Source of the DNA: a virus
Taxonomy: Duplodnaviria > Caudoviricetes
Length of the DNA: 48,484 nucleotides
IMG/VR virus record: IMGVR_UViG_3300037515_000269
Location: 1-48,484 of that record
Direction: 5' to 3' (one strand)
Of this stretch, positions 43,947 to 48,484 are shown piece after piece. Both the position numbers and the translations under genes were made by a program. The notes beneath the pieces were generated by a model. That model did not search any database, had not been told where the DNA came from, and saw nothing but the letters and a program-made list of their open reading frames with translations. Position 1 is the stretch's first letter. Every line of letters starts with the position of its first letter.

Positions 43947-45274
43947 CGGCTATCCGCGCCATCCCGCAACCGGAGACGCTCGAGGCGGAGCAGGCCGTGC
44001 TCGCCGCGGTGCTCCTGGACAGCGACCACCCCGCCGTGGCGGAGGCGGCCGAGGGGCTCCGGGCCGATCACTTCGCCCGTCCCGCGCATCGGGCGATCTG
44101 GACGGCGATGCTCGAGCTCCGGCGGCAGGGACGCGTCATTGACCCGGTGACGCTGACCGAAGCCCTACGCGTCGCGCAGTGCCTCGCCGAGGTGGGGGGC
44201 CTCGACTACGTGGCGACGCTCTTGGATCTCGTGCCCACGGCCACGCACGTCGCCCACCATGCGGACCTGGTGCGGGAGCGGGCCCTCGAGCGACGTCTCG
44301 CCACGGCCGCGGAAGGGATCCTCGCCGCGATCACTCAACACTCGGTGACCGGGGCCGCCCTCGCCGCGGCGGCGGAGCGCGACGTCCTGGCCGCGTCCGA
44401 AGACGTGCTCCCGGCCGCGCCCAAACGGTTGAAGGAGATCGTCTGGGAGGTCACGGACGCCATGGAGCGGCGCCGCGCGGACCCCCTGCACGTGCTCGGG
44501 ATCGCGTCCGGCCTCGTCGATCTCGACGACCTCACCGCCGGCTGGCGGGACGGGAATCTCGTGGTGATCGCGGGCCGGCCGTCGACCGGCAAGAGCGCGG
44601 TGACCCTCGCGACCGCGCTCGAGGCCGCGAGTGCGGGGACGCCGGTCCTGTTCGTCTCCCTCGAGATGGGCCGCGAGGAGTTGGTCGAGCGCCTACTGGC
44701 CAACCTGTCCGGGATCGACTCACTCCGGCTCCGGCGCGGGCATGTGCGCGATGACGAGTGGCCGAAACTCGCCCGGGCGGCGGGGCTCCTGGGGCAGTTG
44801 CCGATCTGGATCGACGACAGCCCCGACCGCACGGTGACGGCGATCCGGTCGCTCGCCCGTCGCTACCAGCGCCAGCACGGCGTCCGGCTCGTGATCGTGG
44901 ACTACCTCCAGCTTGTCCATCCCGATACCCCGCGGGAGAACCAGACCCAGAACGTCGCCGCCGTGTCCGGGGCGCTCAAGGCGATGGCCCGCGAGCTGCA
45001 GCTGCCCGTACTCGCCGCCTGCCAGCTCTCGCGCGCGCTCGAATCCCGCGAGGACCGCCGGCCGCGCCTCGCGGATCTCCGCGATTCCGGCGCGATCGAG
45101 CAAGACGCGGATCTCGTCGTGATGCTCTGGTGGGATCCACAGACCGCGCACCTTACGACCCCCCCGCTCACCCTCCTCCTCGAGAAGCAGCGGAACGGGC
45201 CGACGGGCATCGTGAAGGTGGCCCTCGACAAGGCGACCGGTCGCGTGACCAACTGGCGGAGCGATCCGGCATGA
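43943..45274 (+). CDS. dnaB: Replicative DNA helicase
   Basis: EAEQAVL, GRPSTGKS, SLEM, VDYLQL, QLSR, DLRDSGAIEQDAD, KQRNGPTG. Confidence 0.95.
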   Translation: MTAIRAIPQPETLEAEQAVLAAVLLDSDHPAVAEAAEGLRADHFARPAHRAIWTAMLELRRQGRVIDPVTLTEALRVAQCLAEVGGLDYVATLLDLVPTATHVAHHADLVRERALERRLATAAEGILAAITQHSVTGAALAAAAERDVLAASEDVLPAAPKRLKEIVWEVTDAMERRRADPLHVLGIASGLVDLDDLTAGWRDGNLVVIAGRPSTGKSAVTLATALEAASAGTPVLFVSLEMGREELVERLLANLSGIDSLRLRRGHVRDDEWPKLARAAGLLGQLPIWIDDSPDRTVTAIRSLARRYQRQHGVRLVIVDYLQLVHPDTPRENQTQNVAAVSGALKAMARELQLPVLAACQLSRALESREDRRPRLADLRDSGAIEQDADLVVMLWWDPQTAHLTTPPLTLLLEKQRNGPTGIVKVALDKATGRVTNWRSDPA

Positions 45275-45438
45275 CGCGCGCCGAGCTGCTCCGGGCCCGC
45301 TTCGGCACTCCGTCGTATTGCGAGCGGTGCGAACGCCGGACGGTCTACGAACGTCGCGTCCCCACCGGGCGCCGGTACTTCCGGTGTGATCACTGTGGCC
45401 ACGTCCGGCAGCCAACGCCGAAGGAGCAACCCCGATGA
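45271..45438 (+). CDS. Small zinc-ribbon protein
   Basis: CERC...FRCDHCGH; coupled. Confidence 0.6.
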   Translation: MTRAELLRARFGTPSYCERCERRTVYERRVPTGRRYFRCDHCGHVRQPTPKEQPR

Positions 45439-45914
45439 CCGCCCAACCGAAGCCCACGCAGCACCCGAGCCTCCAGCGGCATCCCGTCCTCGCCGCGGCG
45501 GTGCGGACCCTGACGACGCACACCGAGAGTGCGGAACGCCGGCGGGAACGGTTGCAGCGGTACGACGCAGCCCAGGTCAAGCAGGTGCTCGCGTACATCG
45601 AGGCGCTGGAAAACACCGTGAAGGCCGAGCGGACGCGGCGGGCGGATTTCGAGGCGAACGCGGAAGGGGAGTTTGCCGAGCTGCGGTTGCAGGTGCGGGC
45701 GTGGCAGACGTACGCCGCCCAGCTCGAGGAACGGCGGGATGGGCTCGCGTCGGTGCTGTCGCATCTCCTGCACAGCGCGATTGACACCCGACCGCGCTGG
45801 TGGTGGTTCCGGGCGCGCCGCCAGCGGGTGCGGGATGTCGCGTGGGCACTGGATCGGGCGGAGACGGTAGCCGACGCACCCGAGCCGACCCCGCCGGCGG
45901 TGGAGCTGCCATGA
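45435..45914 (+). CDS. Coiled-coil hypothetical protein
   Basis: SD aaggag; coupled. Confidence 0.6.
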   Translation: MTAQPKPTQHPSLQRHPVLAAAVRTLTTHTESAERRRERLQRYDAAQVKQVLAYIEALENTVKAERTRRADFEANAEGEFAELRLQVRAWQTYAAQLEERRDGLASVLSHLLHSAIDTRPRWWWFRARRQRVRDVAWALDRAETVADAPEPTPPAVELP

Positions 45915-46129
45915 GGACGAACATGGGCGCCGAGAGCGGGCCCGACGTGTACGGCCGGGTGCCCGACCGGCAGACGATTCCGGCCAGTGGGCCGGAACGG
46001 AAGGCTGGGTTGCTGCCGTGCCCGACGAAACTGACGGGCCGGAAGTGCGGCAAGCGGGTGGCGCACAAGTACCCCGACGGCTGGCGCTGCATCGGCTGCG
46101 GGTGTCTGCGGGAGGTATCCAGTGACTGA
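45911..46129 (+). CDS. Small Cys-rich protein
   Basis: CP...KCG...WRCIGCG. Confidence 0.5.
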   Translation: MRTNMGAESGPDVYGRVPDRQTIPASGPERKAGLLPCPTKLTGRKCGKRVAHKYPDGWRCIGCGCLREVSSD

Positions 46130-46478
46130 GCCGACGCGGGAGCAGGTCGAGCGGGTGGCGGGCGTGGACGCGCCAACCCCCGAACCTGCCCCTGCGCCTG
46201 CGTGGCCGAGTGAATCCGCGGTGGATGCTGCCTATGGGCAGGCGCTAAAAGCGGCAGACGGAGAGGGCATCAGCGGTATCACGCTACGCCTGTTGTTGCA
46301 GGCCGCCTACGCCGAGGATCTCCCGCAGATCGAGCGGGCCGCCGAGGAACGGGGGGCGCGGGAACTTGTGCGCTATCTCAGCGGCAACCTGACCCCCCTG
46401 CGTCGGCGCGCCATTGACGAGCAACCTGAACTTGTGGTCAAGATGTGGCTATCCCAGCGAGCGGAGGGCACCCCATGA
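46122..46478 (+). CDS. Hypothetical protein
   Basis: SD ggagg; overlap. Confidence 0.55.
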   Translation: MTEPTREQVERVAGVDAPTPEPAPAPAWPSESAVDAAYGQALKAADGEGISGITLRLLLQAAYAEDLPQIERAAEERGARELVRYLSGNLTPLRRRAIDEQPELVVKMWLSQRAEGTP

Positions 46479-46972
46479 CGGACGCCGAGCGGCACCCATT
46501 GCGCTGGATACTTGAAGTCGCCGACGCGCGAGTTGCAGACGCCAGCCCGCGCGTGCGTACCGTCAACTTGAAGTTCACGCGGCGCACGTTCGACATGTGG
46601 CGAGCGGGAGCAAGGGCCGCGCTGCGGGCGCAGGAGGAGGCCGGGGAGCCCTGTCGTGAATGTGGTCGCATCACGCATACCGCCGAGTGCTCCCAGGGAC
46701 CACTGGTGCAGTATGGGGTGCGGCCCACCGCGCCGACCGGGGCCGAGTACGCTGAGTGGCACGCGATGCAAGCTCGGGACATGAGATTGGCCGCGCCGAC
46801 CGGGGCCGAGCAGGAGTTGTTGCCGAGCCCGTTCATTGAGCGAGCCGTCCAAATCGCAGAACGCTCCGCTCAAGGGTACGATCTGCGAATCCCAATGACG
46901 GCGTTGGAAGCGACTGTTGTGAGGCTCGCGCTCCGAGCGGCGCAGGAGCCGACGGAAGGGAGGAGAACGTGA
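46475..46972 (+). CDS. Hypothetical mosaic protein
   Basis: Coupled; internal exact 20-bp repeat at 46728-46747 and 46791-46810. Confidence 0.55.
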   Translation: MTDAERHPLRWILEVADARVADASPRVRTVNLKFTRRTFDMWRAGARAALRAQEEAGEPCRECGRITHTAECSQGPLVQYGVRPTAPTGAEYAEWHAMQARDMRLAAPTGAEQELLPSPFIERAVQIAERSAQGYDLRIPMTALEATVVRLALRAAQEPTEGRRT

Positions 46973-47229
46973 GCAGCGCAAATACGAGCATTCCGCGGTG
47001 TCCATCGTGCGGCTACCCCGAACACGGTAGCGTCGCCTGTGAGGCGGTGCGTCTGCCCGCTAACCCCGTGCCCGGGGAGCCGCCCGAAGTGCTCCTGAAG
47101 ATCATCGAGCGGACGGCGATTAACGTCCTGGACTCACTCCGTGCTACCCATGTGCGTGAGTGGATCACGGTACGAGATGCTGCGGCTGCCCTGCTGCGCC
47201 CGGCGGCGACGGAGGGAGAGAATCCATGA
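46969..47229 (+). CDS. Hypothetical protein with CxxC..H..C
   Basis: Coupled; SD ggagga. Confidence 0.55.
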   Translation: MSSANTSIPRCPSCGYPEHGSVACEAVRLPANPVPGEPPEVLLKIIERTAINVLDSLRATHVREWITVRDAAAALLRPAATEGENP

Positions 47230-47456
47230 GTGTGCATCGCCGCGTGTGGCGAGAGGTTCCGGTATCACCACCGCCCCCAGGTTGCGAGGGATGGGGGCTC
47301 ATAGACGGCATCCCGCACTTGGCGATAGCCGACTGCCGGTTCGACTTATGGGAGACGCGCGGATTCATGTTGACGGACGATCCAGCGGCGGTGACGTGCG
47401 TGAATTGCCTCCGGCGTATGCGTCGGGTGACGGAGGGAGGCGAGACCGATGGGTGA
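47226..47456 (+). CDS. Hypothetical protein
   Basis: Coupled; VTCVNCLR. Confidence 0.55.
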   Translation: MSVHRRVWREVPVSPPPPGCEGWGLIDGIPHLAIADCRFDLWETRGFMLTDDPAAVTCVNCLRRMRRVTEGGETDG

Positions 47457-47625
47457 TCTCGTGCAGGCCGTGCGGGAGGCGCTGGCCGCGCCGTGTGGGC
47501 GGCATCGTGGCGAGAACCTCCGCGAGTGTCCCGAGTGTCTGCCGGAGAGAATCGCGGACGGGCTTGATCGGTTGTCAGACGGAGACCGTGGGGCAATGCT
47601 CGCGGCCCTTCGGGGGACACCATGA
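47449..47625 (+). CDS. 58-aa hypothetical protein (not in ORF track)
   Basis: SD ggagg; C..H...CPEC; ATGA overlap with next gene. Confidence 0.5.
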   Translation: MGDLVQAVREALAAPCGRHRGENLRECPECLPERIADGLDRLSDGDRGAMLAALRGTP

Positions 47626-47975
47626 AGCGGGGCGGCCCGATCTCCCGGACGGCGCGGTTGCGGGCCCGCTCGCGCACCCGTGGGGGCCGGAACAGCCTGC
47701 CCGGTAAACTGGCGTGGCTCCGGGAACAGCGGTGCGACATCTGCGGCCGGTTGCATCCCGAGGTCCATCATGACCGGAAGCTCGGGGCGCGGGCTGACGA
47801 CCGGCGCACCGTGCCCTTGTGCCAGCCCTTCGGAGAGGCGGGCCATCATCAGGAAGGCCCGGAGAGCGTGCAGGCGTTGGGTCGGACGCGGTTTCAGGAG
47901 GTCCACGGGTACGACCTGGACGCCCGGTGTGCGTACTGGCAGGAGCGATGGGACGCGCAGGAGCGGGCGGCGTGA
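47622..47975 (+). CDS. DUF968/Ref-like HNH-type nuclease
   Basis: LAWLREQRCDICG...EVHH...TVPLC...HH. Confidence 0.7.
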   Translation: MKRGGPISRTARLRARSRTRGGRNSLPGKLAWLREQRCDICGRLHPEVHHDRKLGARADDRRTVPLCQPFGEAGHHQEGPESVQALGRTRFQEVHGYDLDARCAYWQERWDAQERAA

Positions 47976-48484
47976 GTACGGGTCGGGCGAACCAGCAGCG
48001 TGGGGAGTCGGAGCGGCAGGCCGTGGCGTCGCTGTTCCGGGCCGCCGGATTCGTCGTCCTGAACCTTTCCCAGCCGGGCCTCCCCCGTGGGGTGCGTGGC
48101 CGGCGGGGGACGTTCCAGACACCCGGCATCCCCGATCTCCGGGTCTACGATCCCCGGGGATTGGTGCCGCCGATCTGGTTCGAGGCGAAGTCGGGGAAGG
48201 CCAAGCCCACGGCGGCGCAGTACTGGTTCGCCCGGCTCGCGGCCACGAACAACGAGCGGTGGATCGCGGGCGGTGTCGAGCGGGCGAAGGAGCACCTCTG
48301 GGCTGTGGGGTGTCTCCAGATGCGGGACGGTATCGAGGTGTTGGTGCCGCTGCGCGGGACGGCGGTCGCGTGACCGGCGCCGAGCAGGCCGCGCTCGCCC
48401 TCCGCCTCGACCAGGCGCTCGCTGCCGCGGGCCTCCGGATTGTGCGGGGCGACGTGCAGCGCGGGAACCTCGTGGGCTGGGAGC
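47776..48484 (+). repeat. Terminal direct repeat, copy 2 (imperfect)
   Basis: Aligns to 1-709. Confidence 0.95.
47972..48373 (+). CDS. VRR-NUC / PD-(D/E)xK nuclease, copy 2
   Basis: TPGIPDL...WFEAKSG. Confidence 0.8.
   Translation: MSTGRANQQRGESERQAVASLFRAAGFVVLNLSQPGLPRGVRGRRGTFQTPGIPDLRVYDPRGLVPPIWFEAKSGKAKPTAAQYWFARLAATNNERWIAGGVERAKEHLWAVGCLQMRDGIEVLVPLRGTAVA

Larger units (their letters stand above)
1..48484 (+). mobile_element. Apparently complete tailed dsDNA phage genome (siphovirus-like), unit length about 47,775 bp
   Basis: Packaging, head, tail, lysis and replication modules in canonical order on one strand; ends overlap at offset 47,775; no host housekeeping flanks. Confidence 0.93.

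Noticed and set aside
1-48484. Specific host assignment
   Set aside because: High GC and the lipoprotein/spanin-like genes suggest a diderm host, but no taxon can be supported without searches.

Overview
The window looks like one complete genome of a high-GC, long-tailed (siphovirus-like) dsDNA phage. The unit length is about 47,775 bp, and the first 709 bp recur as a diverged copy at the end. All credible genes are on the + strand, mostly linked by ATGA/GTGA overlaps. Gene order: nuclease/methylase accessory genes; a nonulosonic-acid (pseudaminic/legionaminic-type) sugar cluster (PseB-like, NeuB/PseI-like, DUF218, GroES, SpsF-like cytidylyltransferase, sulfotransferase-like, DegT/PseC-like); terminase and portal; MuF-like head protein; a Maf/DUF115-family protein; scaffold; P22-type coat; neck and tail genes with a -1 frameshift chaperone; tape measure; tail tip/fibre and lysis genes; a control region; then recombination and replication genes (Gam-like, beta-clamp-like, ParB, second MTase, initiator with iterons, DnaB) and many small Cys-rich ORFs. 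I recognised no integrase, tRNA, CRISPR array or reverse transcriptase. The most striking signal is a candidate phage-encoded sialic-acid-like glycosylation system: most of a CMP-nonulosonate pathway directly upstream of the packaging genes, plus a Maf-type transferase inside the head module. My inference is that it glycosylates the virion. All family calls come from motif recognition by eye and no searches were run. Several starts were moved downstream of the ORF-track starts, using overlaps and Shine-Dalgarno signals.
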